A DNA stretch of 61,124 bases from a virus (taxonomy: Duplodnaviria; Caudoviricetes). Location of the stretch: positions 1 to 61,124 of the IMG/VR virus record IMGVR_UViG_3300047403_000141, one strand, 5' to 3'. Each line of letters starts with the position of its first letter. Position 1 is the stretch's first letter. Positions 9,103 to 18,644 of this stretch are shown here, piece after piece. The position numbers were made by a program, and so were the translations under genes. The notes under the pieces were generated by a model. It was given only the letters and a program-made list of their open reading frames with translations. It was not told the DNA's origin and did no database searches.

Positions 9103-9992
9103 GCGGTCCTCTGGAATAGCGCGGCGTTGATGGCAGCCGGCCAGAGCCCGCCGAGGCACCGCCAGACGCCCGTGAGCGCTGTCCCGGTGGCCGTGGTGGT
9201 GTAGACGCTGGCGGCGGTGTCGGCGTAGAGCACCGATGTGGCCCGAAGCGCGATGGTGCCGCTCGTTTGGGCGAGCACGATCTGCCCGAGCGAAAACACA
9301 GTCTGTGCGGCCGCTGTCGCCGTCGAGTAGCTCGCGGGGGAGTACCCGAGCGTCGTCGTGATGTCGGCAAGCTCGAGCGTCACGGCGCCCGTGCGGGAAT
9401 GAAACGACGAGACGCCCGCCCCCGTCAGGTAGCTGGCCGGCACCTTGCCGCTGCTGTCGAGCGGAGCGTATCCGTTGGCAGCTCCCTTGCCCGAAACGTC
9501 CTGCTTGCCGGTAAGCGCCCCCGACAGACCCGTGATCTGCGATTGCGGGATGGCGGCCGTGGCATCGAGTGGAGTGAACCCGAGCGCAGAGAGCACGTCG
9601 GCATTGAGCAGGGAAACGGCGGCGGACCGGCCGTTGAAGGAGGTGACGCCCGAGGTCGTCTGCGCCGGGAGCTGCGCCGACGGCACCTTCCCGTCGGCGC
9701 CAAGGCCCGCGTAGCCGTTGGCGAGGCCTTTCTGCGCCGCGTTCTGCGGCGTGTAGCCGAGTGTCGCCTGCTTCCCCGCCATGGCGGCGTTGAAAGCGGC
9801 CAGCGTAACGTACAGGGACAGGTCGACCGGCGTGATCGAGAGATCGGCGACGAGCTGCCGGAGGGCCGAAAGAGCCGACGCGTGGTCGTCGAGCTCGACG
9901 TCGAAGCGCTCGGCGAGGGCGGCGAGACCGTTGATCTTGTCCTGCTGGAAGCTGACCGGGCGGACGTATTCGTTGTCACCATCGAAGGGCAT
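9099..9992 (-). CDS. Short tail fibre protein
   Basis: Two repeats each of KGxANGYAxLxxxGKVP and GVxSFxxRxxAVxL. Confidence 0.8.
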   Translation of the reverse strand: MPFDGDNEYVRPVSFQQDKINGLAALAERFDVELDDHASALSALRQLVADLSITPVDLSLYVTLAAFNAAMAGKQATLGYTPQNAAQKGLANGYAGLGADGKVPSAQLPAQTTSGVTSFNGRSAAVSLLNADVLSALGFTPLDATAAIPQSQITGLSGALTGKQDVSGKGAANGYAPLDSSGKVPASYLTGAGVSSFHSRTGAVTLELADITTTLGYSPASYSTATAAAQTVFSLGQIVLAQTSGTIALRATSVLYADTAASVYTTTATGTALTGVWRCLGGLWPAAINAALFQRTA

Positions 9993-10093
9993 CAGCGTCC
10001 CCCTGCATAACCGGACCAGATATCCCGCAACACTTGATCACTCTGGCGCCGCGCGACGCCAGAGTTGTTGTTCCTGATCGAGGCTGGAATCAT
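9992..10093 (-). CDS. Micro-peptide B (33 aa), paralogue of micro-peptide A
   Basis: MIPASIRNNNSGVARRQSDQVLRDIWSGYAGGR; ATGA and TGATG overlaps with its neighbours. Confidence 0.65.
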   Translation of the reverse strand: MIPASIRNNNSGVARRQSDQVLRDIWSGYAGGR

Positions 10094-10176
10094 CGCTTCG
10101 CTCCCGTGTATCCCGACCAGATGTCCCGCAGAGACTGGTCGATCTGCCGGCGAACCGAGCCGGTCGGGTCTGACAT
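10090..10176 (-). CDS. Micro-peptide A (28 aa)
   Basis: MSDPTGSVRRQIDQSLRDIWSGYTGAKR; ATG directly follows the upstream TAG. Confidence 0.65.
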   Translation of the reverse strand: MSDPTGSVRRQIDQSLRDIWSGYTGAKR

Positions 10177-10899
10177 CTATCGCGGCCCCATGCGGCTGAA
10201 GTCACCACGCTGACGGCGCAAGCGCTCGATCGCGCCGTTCATCTGCCCGATGGCCGGCCGGCCGAACCGGGCGTTGTCGTCGGTGAGGAAACCGTCGGTT
10301 TCGATGGGCGACACCATGCGCGTGCGCCCGGTTCCGCCGAGCATCCGCTCCTCGACGTCCATCAACTGGTGCTCCGTGGCCGGGTCGGCGAGACGCCGGC
10401 CCGTCTTGTAGGCGTCGTAGCGTTCGAGGAAGTCGGGCGCGCCCGGAACTGGCGGTGCCGGGGCGCTCTGCCGGAGGTCGGCGCCGAGACGGGCATAGGC
10501 CCGATGCATTGCCTCATGCGTCAGGATCGACCCCGGCGAGGTGACCGGGTTGCGGATCGCATAGCCCGTGTCCTCGTCTGGCAGGTAGAACCCGAACACC
10601 CGACGCCCCGTCATACGCTCGCCCCAAGCCATGGGCTCAGGACCGCCCGGCACTTCCTTCACCCGCGAGAGATCGAGGCCGTAGGCGAGCGCCGGCGAGC
10701 GCAACGAATAGGCATAGGCCGCAGCTTCGGCCGGTCCCGTGATGTGGGCCTCGTGCGGCGTGCCATAGGCATTTCCGCGATAGAGGTCGACGTCGGCGTT
10801 GCTCATGGCCGGCGGCTGGTTCATGGCGTAGGGCAGACGCGGGTCCGGCTCAGCCGCCATTGCGCCTATGATGCGGTCCCGCGCGGTGGGGTCGGCCAT
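10177..10899 (-). CDS. Zincin-like metallopeptidase-motif protein with N-terminal RDRII tag
   Basis: ILTHEAMHRAY (HExxH) with downstream EH; N-terminus MADPTARDRIIGAM. Confidence 0.6.
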   Translation of the reverse strand: MADPTARDRIIGAMAAEPDPRLPYAMNQPPAMSNADVDLYRGNAYGTPHEAHITGPAEAAAYAYSLRSPALAYGLDLSRVKEVPGGPEPMAWGERMTGRRVFGFYLPDEDTGYAIRNPVTSPGSILTHEAMHRAYARLGADLRQSAPAPPVPGAPDFLERYDAYKTGRRLADPATEHQLMDVEERMLGGTGRTRMVSPIETDGFLTDDNARFGRPAIGQMNGAIERLRRQRGDFSRMGPR

Positions 10900-12860
10900 C
10901 AGTAGGCCATCTGCGCAACGATCCGGTCACGCGGCGACATCTCGTCGGGCCACTGGTAGGCCGCGGCGCCGACGCCGCCCGCGATGAGCGGGGCCGCGAA
11001 GAACCGGCCCTCCGGATCGGCCTTCGACAGGGCCTTGAGCTGTTTCTTCGTCGGATTGTCGCCAAGGTAGCCGCGCAAATCGGCGAGCCGGTCCTTCAGT
11101 TCCGAAAGGCTCGGCGCCTTGACGCCGCTGAGACGCGGGAGCATCGCTTCGCGAAGCTGCTCGGCGGTCAAGCCGGTGCGCGCGGCAAGGCTGCCGCCTG
11201 CGGAGACGTGCGCATCGACAGCGCCGCGAGCGGCGTCCGACCAGTTTCTCGCCCAAATCCCAGCCGACGGCAGGTTGATCGGCCCGTTCGGACCCATTAC
11301 AACGTCGCCAGCATCGGTGTCGGGGGCTGACGATGACCGACTGGTCGGACGTGTTGGACGGGGCGTGGCGGACGGGCTCTGCTGAGCCGCCGTCGGAACA
11401 GGCGATCTGGGAATCTGTGGATCAGGCAGCATGGGCGTTTGCGGCTGCGCTCCACCACCTGCCGGCTGAGCGCCGGGAAGAAGGGATGCGTCATCTGCTG
11501 CGCTGCCTGGAATCGTGCCGCCGGTTCGAGCTGGGGGGGGAGGGAGAGCGGGAGGCTCTCCTCGTGGCCCGCCAAGCATGGGCGGAGAAGCAGGCGGCGT
11601 AGCTCCTACGCCAGCCAATCTCGCCGACTCTTCCGCACGTGCAACATTCGCGGCTCCGTAGGCTCGCTCATATTCGGCACGCGCGCGCTCGGCGCTCGTT
11701 TCAGAGCGCAGCTTGGCCTCGTCCATCCTCCCGGCCATGCCGGCATTCCGCTCGCGCAAGCGGCCAGGAATGCGCATTGCGTCCGCGCCGATCAACGCGC
11801 CACCGACGCCTTCGACAGCTCCAAAACCCATGCGCTCAGCTGCTTTCCATGGGTCATACAGCTCCCGCGCCGCGACTTCACGAATGGGGTTTGCCTCCGG
11901 CAGTCCTGCCGCGTAGTCGCGCCACTCGGCCTTTCTTGGATGCGTCGTCGGCAACTCTCGTGCGTACGCCTCATAAGCCCGGCGCACTGGATTGTCTGGC
12001 TCGGTTGCAAAAGAGTTGTAAGCTAGTGGCAGGTTGTTCAGGGAGCCGCCGGCAATCCCGCCGAGAGCCGCTGGGATCCCGTAATTGTAAAGGTTCGACC
12101 CGCCGCCGGTCGCCGCCCTCGACAGGCCACCCGCGACGCCGCCGAACACCATCGGCATCAGGCCGCCGGTCTTGTCCCAGATCTGGCCCGCCGTCGTGTC
12201 GCTGAACCGACGCTCGCGAGCCAATTCCTGATCGCGAGCGCGCTCTGCCACTCTGACCGCACGATCGTACTCTTCCCGATCCTTGCTCTTTCCAGCCGCG
12301 TCGCCTGCGATCTTGGATCGATTGAGCTCTCGCGTGTAGTCGGCTTGCAGCTCTCGCAGCCGCCTCAACTGCTGGAGGTCGGCGCCGGATATCTTGCGAG
12401 CTTTCTCCGCAGCTTCGAGGCGCTGCAATTGCTTGTACTGGTCGGGGGACAGGCCGTCGCCGGCTCCGGCCGTTGCCGTCTGGGCAACAGCCGGCGGCGT
12501 CAACCCGCCTAGATCCGAGACAGTTCCAAGACCTAGACCGGCAGCGAGCGTCTTGGCCGCCGCCACGGGTCGAAACGCCATCAGCGCCGTTCGCGTGCCG
12601 AGGTCCGTTGCGTTCGCGATTGACGGCTCGTTGTACGTGTTGCTTGCGGCGCGCGCGACCCCAGGCACTCCGGTCGCTTCGGCAATGAGGTTCCGCGCCG
12701 TCGGCTCGCCAACCGCTTCCGTCCAGGCTTGGTGAGAGGCGATTGCCGGATCAGGCGCGCCGGGCTCGACCTGATACATTTGATCGCGCACGGCTGACCG
12801 CATACGCCTCTCGGGAATGCGAGCGGCCATCTGCTCAATGATCCTGTCTCTCGGGCTCAT
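10899..12860 (-). CDS. Probable internal virion / ejection protein with RDRI motif at both termini
   Basis: 653 aa; Gly/Ala-rich hydrophobic segments; position after the DNA-transfer genes. Confidence 0.7.
   Translation of the reverse strand: MSPRDRIIEQMAARIPERRMRSAVRDQMYQVEPGAPDPAIASHQAWTEAVGEPTARNLIAEATGVPGVARAASNTYNEPSIANATDLGTRTALMAFRPVAAAKTLAAGLGLGTVSDLGGLTPPAVAQTATAGAGDGLSPDQYKQLQRLEAAEKARKISGADLQQLRRLRELQADYTRELNRSKIAGDAAGKSKDREEYDRAVRVAERARDQELARERRFSDTTAGQIWDKTGGLMPMVFGGVAGGLSRAATGGGSNLYNYGIPAALGGIAGGSLNNLPLAYNSFATEPDNPVRRAYEAYARELPTTHPRKAEWRDYAAGLPEANPIREVAARELYDPWKAAERMGFGAVEGVGGALIGADAMRIPGRLRERNAGMAGRMDEAKLRSETSAERARAEYERAYGAANVARAEESARLAGVGATPPASPPMLGGPRGEPPALPPPPARTGGTIPGSAADDASLLPGAQPAGGGAQPQTPMLPDPQIPRSPVPTAAQQSPSATPRPTRPTSRSSSAPDTDAGDVVMGPNGPINLPSAGIWARNWSDAARGAVDAHVSAGGSLAARTGLTAEQLREAMLPRLSGVKAPSLSELKDRLADLRGYLGDNPTKKQLKALSKADPEGRFFAAPLIAGGVGAAAYQWPDEMSPRDRIVAQMAY
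11333..11602 (+). CDS. Candidate antisense embedded gene (89 aa)
   Basis: GGGGG 6 nt before ATG; helical, Trp/Glu-rich composition; coincides with the Pro-rich linker of the host gene. Confidence 0.4.
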   Translation: MTDWSDVLDGAWRTGSAEPPSEQAIWESVDQAAWAFAAALHHLPAERREEGMRHLLRCLESCRRFELGGEGEREALLVARQAWAEKQAA

Positions 12861-14440
12861 TGGCTCATGCTCCTGATGATGCGGTCACGGGGGGTGTCGG
12901 CAGGCGGCGCGACGCCGATCGCACGCATGGCATCCGACGCCCGATAAGCGCGCGCAGCAGCTTCAGATAACCGCGACGCTCCGGATGCCTGCCCGGCATT
13001 GCGCAATGCCCTCTGAACCCGGCCCGCGGCATAGGCGGCCTCGCCGATCAATCGCGGCGAGGCCGCCGGCAGCATGGCAAGAGTGCTGGGGTTCGCGATC
13101 GAATAGAGGCCCGCGCCTCCGGCGGGGACTCGTGCGATCCCCCGCGGCGCCCATGTGTTGAGGGCTTGCCCTGCAAGAGCCGGAAGCAGATCCGGTTGAT
13201 ACCGCGCCAGCTCTTCGGCAAGGCGCGCGCGCTGGCCATAATTGGTGCTGACATCGTTGCGCATGACCGACTGCAACTTTCTCAGCGTCGTGTCGGTCGC
13301 GGCCTTCTCGTTGATCGAGAACGTCTTGCGAAGCTCGCCCAGGGTGTCAGAGGCATCGGCATAGCCACGCATCGTCTGAGCGTAGCTCGGCGACTGCCGA
13401 ACGATCTCGTTCTTGACCGCGTGATAGATTTCGTCGGCGACTTTCCGCGACGCCGTCGCCGGCTGCGTCTCCATGCGGATCTCGCCGATCGACTGCTTCA
13501 AGGCGTCGAACGCCTCGGCAGTGCGCGCCGCTGGCGGCAACGCCATGAAGTCTGCAATCTTGCGCCCGATCCGGTCGTGAACCGCGGACGCGGCTTCGCT
13601 TTTGACGATCCCCTGAAAGTGGAGGGCATCGCCGGCTTTGCGATAGGCGTCGCCAACCGGAGCCATGTCGAGAGGAGTCTGGAGCGCGCGCGTTTCCGCC
13701 ATGCCGGCCTTGTAGGCGGCCCCTCGGTCGGCTTGCGCCGCCTTGACCGCGGCATCCGCCATGTCGACGACTTCATCGAGCTGCCTTGAGCCGCGCATGT
13801 GCTCGGAAAAGGCTTGGTTGCCGGTCTTTCCAGCCTCGTACGCTTTCACGATCGGCGTGGTGCCGACCCCGGATGTCACCCCGAGAACGTTGGCGGCGCC
13901 AGTGCCGACAGCGCGAACCCCTGTAGTCGCTGCATTGAGGGGATCGATGGCGCTACCGACAGACCGCGTCATCCGTCCCGCCTGCCCGGCCACGCCCGGC
14001 AGGCGAGCAGCCGCGGCGCCGCCGCCTGTCAGAACGAGAGAGGCGTCTGCGATGGCGCCCACCGGGTCGGTCGCAAGCGTCTTCTTGACCGCCTCGGCGC
14101 TGCCGAAGCGGTCCCGCAGATGCTTGCCGATGGCATCCGTCGTCGCCTCGTCGCGGGCTTTTTCTTCCGGGTCTTGCTCGACACCGAGCGCGCCGGCCGC
14201 TTTCGACGCGAGCCCGTACCCGACGTTGTAGAGCTGTTGTGCCGTCTCCACCGGATGCAGGATCGGGCTCACCAGCGCCTTGCCGAACTGAACCGCACTG
14301 TCTGGAATGTTGGTCAGCGCCTCACTCGGGACGTCAACCCACGAGCGCTCCTTTTGACGAGGGATGAGGTCGTCGAACATCCCGCCCTGCTTGCGCGGTT
14401 GGCCGCCCGTCGACGGTATCAGGTCATCGAACATGCCCAT
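12857..14440 (-). CDS. DNA ejection / transfer protein
   Basis: Duplicated N-terminal GMFDDLIP; RKLQSVMRN..TNYG; synteny. Confidence 0.75.
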   Translation of the reverse strand: MGMFDDLIPSTGGQPRKQGGMFDDLIPRQKERSWVDVPSEALTNIPDSAVQFGKALVSPILHPVETAQQLYNVGYGLASKAAGALGVEQDPEEKARDEATTDAIGKHLRDRFGSAEAVKKTLATDPVGAIADASLVLTGGGAAAARLPGVAGQAGRMTRSVGSAIDPLNAATTGVRAVGTGAANVLGVTSGVGTTPIVKAYEAGKTGNQAFSEHMRGSRQLDEVVDMADAAVKAAQADRGAAYKAGMAETRALQTPLDMAPVGDAYRKAGDALHFQGIVKSEAASAVHDRIGRKIADFMALPPAARTAEAFDALKQSIGEIRMETQPATASRKVADEIYHAVKNEIVRQSPSYAQTMRGYADASDTLGELRKTFSINEKAATDTTLRKLQSVMRNDVSTNYGQRARLAEELARYQPDLLPALAGQALNTWAPRGIARVPAGGAGLYSIANPSTLAMLPAASPRLIGEAAYAAGRVQRALRNAGQASGASRLSEAAARAYRASDAMRAIGVAPPADTPRDRIIRSMSQ

Positions 14441-14443
14441 GGA

Positions 14444-16621
14444 TCAGATCCCCGACGGGTCAATACCGTTCCGACGCAACCGCTCGATGACCGTGTCGCG
14501 TGGTGCGCCGCGGGCAATCGCCGCTCTGGCTTCATCGAGTGGCGACCCGGGGCGTGCCGCCGACGGCTGCTGATGCTGCGGGGTCGTTCCCGTTGCAGCG
14601 GCGCGCGCGCGCGCCATGCCGAGGGCAAGAATCTTTTCGAGGTCGACGAGCGCGTCGTCGAAATCCTTTTCGTTCTGCGCCGTGTCGAGGCGGGCCAAAG
14701 CCTGGCTCGCCTTCTTGCCTTCGACCTCCGTGATCTGCCCTCCTCCACGGAGGGAGTTGAACGCTTCGAGGAACGTCTGGCCTTTGGCCTGATCGACGAG
14801 GTTCGCGAAGCCGCGGGCATCTGTTCCTGGCACCCGTGATGCAACAGCACCCGTCCACCCGGTTCCCCACTGCCGTCCGGGGTGGGATCGAATCTTGTTG
14901 ATGGTATCAAGCGCGAGCGTCGACGTGTCGACAATGCCGGAAAGCGCGGATTCCGCCTTGGCCCTGGCTTCTCCAAGCTCCTTGTCGCGCGCTTTCCTGA
15001 AGTCCCGCGATTCGGCCGATTGTGCCGCGGGCGGCGTGATCCACGTCAATTCGCCCGTCCTCGGGTTGCGCGTGGCGTAGCGCTTGTCTTCGTCGAATGC
15101 CTGGACCGGCAACGACGGGTTTTCGATCTCGCGTCGAAGCTTCTCTTGATTGAGCCGCGCGGTGTCAAGTTCGAGTTGCTGCTGCTCAGTGAGCGGTGCA
15201 TGCCGCTCCAGCGTCTTGAGCAGCATCTGCTTTTGCTCCGGCCTCAATCGTCGATCAGCCGCAATCTGCGTAGACAACTGATCGTATTCGGCCGGGCTCA
15301 TCTTCTGAAAGTTCTGAACGGGCTGCGGTGTGGCCCTGTCCGGAAGCTGCGGCTGGAATGCCGGCCTCGGCATCTCCTGGCCGGCAAAGCCACGCGGCGC
15401 CTGATCGCCAACGACGTTCGTCCCGGCGAAGATCGGCGGCAGGCCGCTCGCCGACGGATCGTAAGGCGCGACCGCCGGCTGCCCCCCGGACGCACGAGCT
15501 CGGTCGGCCCACGCCCGGTCCGGGCCTTCGATGCCGAAACGCTCGTAAGTGCCTGGCGCCTGATAGGTCTGCGGCCCGCCGTTGAACCCGACCGTTCCGC
15601 TGGCGTTGCCGGTGGCGAACCCGGAAACATTCGAGCCTCCAGCGACCCGGTCGACCGCGGGACCGTAGCGGGCTTCGATCTCGGGCGTGACCGCCTGCAT
15701 GCGCTGCAACGTCACCGGCGGATAGTACGCCGGGTCGCGCGCCGCTTGGGCGAGAGTGAGCCCGCGAGAGGCCGCACGGTTGGCGATCGTCTCCGCCTTG
15801 GCCGTCGCGACGTCGGGATTGACGCCGAACTGATCCCCGATCTCCGCATGCAGGTTGCCGATGATCGCCCGACGTGTGGCGGGGTCGCGAAATTGATCGG
15901 CGAAGGCCGCCCGGTCGACACCATCCGTCCCCCCGGCGACGGTCGGGAACATCGCCATCGGCGACGTCGCCGCTCCTGGCGTCGGTCCGCCGAGACGCAT
16001 CATGCCGGGCAGCGCCCGGCGCTGGTCCGCCACTGGCGCCAGTGGCGGAGACGCGAACCGTCCCGCACCTCCTGCCATCGGCGACGCAGCGTCGATCACG
16101 GTGCCCGGGACGCGCGTCGGCACACCTTCCGCAGAACTCGGGGCCGCCAGACCGAGCGCCACTGGCGCCACTGGCGCTGCCACACCGAGCCGTCCCGAGC
16201 GGTCGACCGCCGTCCCCGGCAAGCTCGTGGCTTCCGCCGGCGGCAAGGTTGCCTGCGGCCTCGCCATGGCGGGAATGCTGCTCGCCGTTGCGGCCGGAGC
16301 GGCGAGAGCGGCCGGCGTTCCCGCCGCCATCGGAGACGTCGCCGGGCGTGACCCGAACCGCGACTGGAACTCCGCCATCGCTTTCTGGTTCTGCTCCTCG
16401 GCGCGACGCGTCTCGCGTCCGTAGAGCGCAATCGCGTGGCCGCGGTTGAGCCCGTCGACCACGCTCTGCACGCCCTGTCGGATGCCGCCCCATTTCGGGC
16501 CGAACTCCGAAAAGTCACGCTGCGACGGCGGCTCCAGCGCCAGCCGCTTCAGCATGTCGAGATACTCGGGACTGATGGCGCCGATCTCTTCCGCCGTCGA
16601 TGACTTCACCGCTGCCACCAT
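14444..16621 (-). CDS. DNA ejection protein with a possible cell-wall-hydrolase-like central domain
   Basis: C-terminal FLEAFNSLRGGGQITEVEG motif; central HAE...ETIANRA...YYP...ATGNASG region (about 15500-15900). Confidence 0.7.
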   Translation of the reverse strand: MVAAVKSSTAEEIGAISPEYLDMLKRLALEPPSQRDFSEFGPKWGGIRQGVQSVVDGLNRGHAIALYGRETRRAEEQNQKAMAEFQSRFGSRPATSPMAAGTPAALAAPAATASSIPAMARPQATLPPAEATSLPGTAVDRSGRLGVAAPVAPVALGLAAPSSAEGVPTRVPGTVIDAASPMAGGAGRFASPPLAPVADQRRALPGMMRLGGPTPGAATSPMAMFPTVAGGTDGVDRAAFADQFRDPATRRAIIGNLHAEIGDQFGVNPDVATAKAETIANRAASRGLTLAQAARDPAYYPPVTLQRMQAVTPEIEARYGPAVDRVAGGSNVSGFATGNASGTVGFNGGPQTYQAPGTYERFGIEGPDRAWADRARASGGQPAVAPYDPSASGLPPIFAGTNVVGDQAPRGFAGQEMPRPAFQPQLPDRATPQPVQNFQKMSPAEYDQLSTQIAADRRLRPEQKQMLLKTLERHAPLTEQQQLELDTARLNQEKLRREIENPSLPVQAFDEDKRYATRNPRTGELTWITPPAAQSAESRDFRKARDKELGEARAKAESALSGIVDTSTLALDTINKIRSHPGRQWGTGWTGAVASRVPGTDARGFANLVDQAKGQTFLEAFNSLRGGGQITEVEGKKASQALARLDTAQNEKDFDDALVDLEKILALGMARARAAATGTTPQHQQPSAARPGSPLDEARAAIARGAPRDTVIERLRRNGIDPSGI

Positions 16622-16624
16622 GCG

Positions 16625-17854
16625 TCACCCCAAGAGCCGAGACAGGAGATTGCCGCCGACGGACGTGTCGCCCGGCAGCCGCGCGCCGAGCGCGGCTCCG
16701 CCAATGGCGCCGATCGACGACGCAATGGCTCCGAACATCTGCTGCTGCTGCGCCACCTTCGTCTTCCACTGGTCCTGGCTCATCGCCGCCGACTGATAAA
16801 TGTATTGCCCGATCGGGGCCGCCTGGACCGTTGCGCCCTGGAACTGCCGGAACTGCGGGATGTCGATGCGGTTGCCGTGCATGACCTGCGTGAACTCGTT
16901 CATCGGCTGCGTACGCTCGAGCACCATGTTCTGGATGGTCGTCTTCCTCAGATCCTCGATGAAGTTCGCAAGCTCGATGAGAGCCTGGAAACGCTGCACC
17001 TCGTTCTTGTTGACCAGCTCGACCAGCATCACGCGCTGTTGCAGGTCCAACTGCTGCACGCCGTTGGCGAACTCGGCCTTCTCTCGCTCGATCGCGACCC
17101 GCGTCGCCTGCTCCTTCGAGGCTGCGAGGTAGGCCTGCACTCGGGCGTCGTTGGCCTTGAGGTCGAACGCCCGCATGGACCTCGCATACGCCTTCGAGCC
17201 CGAGAAAATGCCCTTGCATTCGAGGCTGGTGATGAGGTTCGAGCGATCGTTCTCGATCTCGTCGACGAGACGGGCAATCATTGCCGCCTCGATCGCATCG
17301 CGCTCTGTCGTCGTGTCGTCGACGCCAATGGTGCCGATCAGCATCCCGCGGGTCGGTGTCGACACGTCGATCACCGGGGCCGACGGCGCGAACCCGCGGG
17401 CGCCGGCCGCCGCGAGCGAGAACTCAGTCCCCATGCGCGTGCGCAAGCGGGACATCTGCTCTTCGCCGAGCGTCGAGGTGGCGAGCTGCACCGCCTGCTG
17501 CTTGTCGAAAATCTGCTGGCCGGTGACGGTGAGCGCCGTCACGCGCTTGAACTTCGGGATCGAGCGCAGAACGGTCCCGGTCTGGTTTCCGTTCTGGTCG
17601 AACTGCGGATCTTCGAGAACGTAAGTACCGTTGTCGGTGTAAGTCAGCGTCCCTTGCGGCGACACCTCGTCGACGTTCGAGAGCTGCACGCTGGCGATTG
17701 CCGACGAGACGTTGGCTGCGGTCTGCGCTGCCGCGACCACGCCAGGGTTCGGCGCCGCCGGTGGCGTCGGGGTGCCCCACCAGAACACCGCCTCGCCTGG
17801 CGGCACGAGACCGCGGCAGAAGGCGTCGAAGTCGTCGGCGTCGCGCGTGTGCAT
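16625..17854 (-). CDS. Ejection / DNA pilot protein
   Basis: GTPTPPAAPNP..AAAQTAAN near the N-terminus; Gln-rich; Gly-rich hydrophobic C-terminus. Confidence 0.7.
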   Translation of the reverse strand: MHTRDADDFDAFCRGLVPPGEAVFWWGTPTPPAAPNPGVVAAAQTAANVSSAIASVQLSNVDEVSPQGTLTYTDNGTYVLEDPQFDQNGNQTGTVLRSIPKFKRVTALTVTGQQIFDKQQAVQLATSTLGEEQMSRLRTRMGTEFSLAAAGARGFAPSAPVIDVSTPTRGMLIGTIGVDDTTTERDAIEAAMIARLVDEIENDRSNLITSLECKGIFSGSKAYARSMRAFDLKANDARVQAYLAASKEQATRVAIEREKAEFANGVQQLDLQQRVMLVELVNKNEVQRFQALIELANFIEDLRKTTIQNMVLERTQPMNEFTQVMHGNRIDIPQFRQFQGATVQAAPIGQYIYQSAAMSQDQWKTKVAQQQQMFGAIASSIGAIGGAALGARLPGDTSVGGNLLSRLLG

Positions 17855-18393
17855 CAGGCCGCCTCAGCCTCCAGGACCGGATACCAGAAGCGGCGCGCCC
17901 GGGCCGTCTCCTTGAGGAGACCCATGATCAGAAAGTCGCCGCCGCTGCTGCCCATGCGCCGCTTGCGACCTTCGATCTCGAAGCCGAGCTGATGCGCGGC
18001 CCGGATCACCCGTTCGTTGGCGTGGTCGACCTCGACTGTCACCCGGCCGAGGCTCAACATCTCGAACGGGTAGGAGAGCAGCATGCGGATGGCCGGCCGC
18101 AACAGGCCGACCCGCTCGAAAAACGCCGGCTCGGCGCGAACGGACGCCATGATGTCGCCGACCCCGCCGTCGCGCGGGGCATGCTGGTGCCAGAACGAAA
18201 CCCCGGCCACCCACCGGGCCGGCCCGTCGCCGCTGTCGTCGACCACGGCCATGGCGCGCGCCAGCGGGATCAGCACGACACCGCCGTCGCCGACTTCGTT
18301 GACCCACGCTGCGACCTCGGCGTCCCGATTGAACAGCACGCCGTCGATGACCACCGGCTTGCCGGCCGCCAGGAGAGCCGCCGCCTCGCTCAT
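17854..18393 (-). CDS. GNAT-family acetyltransferase (virion morphogenesis cluster)
   Basis: YPFEMLSLGRVT...N...QLGFEIEGRKR. Confidence 0.8.
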   Translation of the reverse strand: MSEAAALLAAGKPVVIDGVLFNRDAEVAAWVNEVGDGGVVLIPLARAMAVVDDSGDGPARWVAGVSFWHQHAPRDGGVGDIMASVRAEPAFFERVGLLRPAIRMLLSYPFEMLSLGRVTVEVDHANERVIRAAHQLGFEIEGRKRRMGSSGGDFLIMGLLKETARARRFWYPVLEAEAA

Positions 18394-18644
18394 GCGTTGC
18401 CCTCCATCATCTCGTGCATGCCGCCGCCCGGGCGCGTGGCCTCCATCAGCAGCGCCAGGGCGGCTTCGACGACCTGGGGAATTGCCTCGGGCGGCACGAA
18501 CGACATGAGCACCTGCATCGGGTCTCCGCCTTGCGCCTGCGCCGGCATGCTGCCCGGGTCCGGCCCACCTTCCATGCCGGGCGGCGGCATGTCCTGGCCG
18601 CCGCCATCGGACATGGCCGCGAGGATTTTCGAGCGAGCGTCCAT
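18390..18644 (-). CDS. Small Met/Pro/Gly-rich protein with a degenerate RDRII-like N-terminus
   Basis: MDARSKILAAMS; start and stop overlap both neighbours; GGAGG RBS. Confidence 0.65.
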   Translation of the reverse strand: MDARSKILAAMSDGGGQDMPPPGMEGGPDPGSMPAQAQGGDPMQVLMSFVPPEAIPQVVEAALALLMEATRPGGGMHEMMEGNA

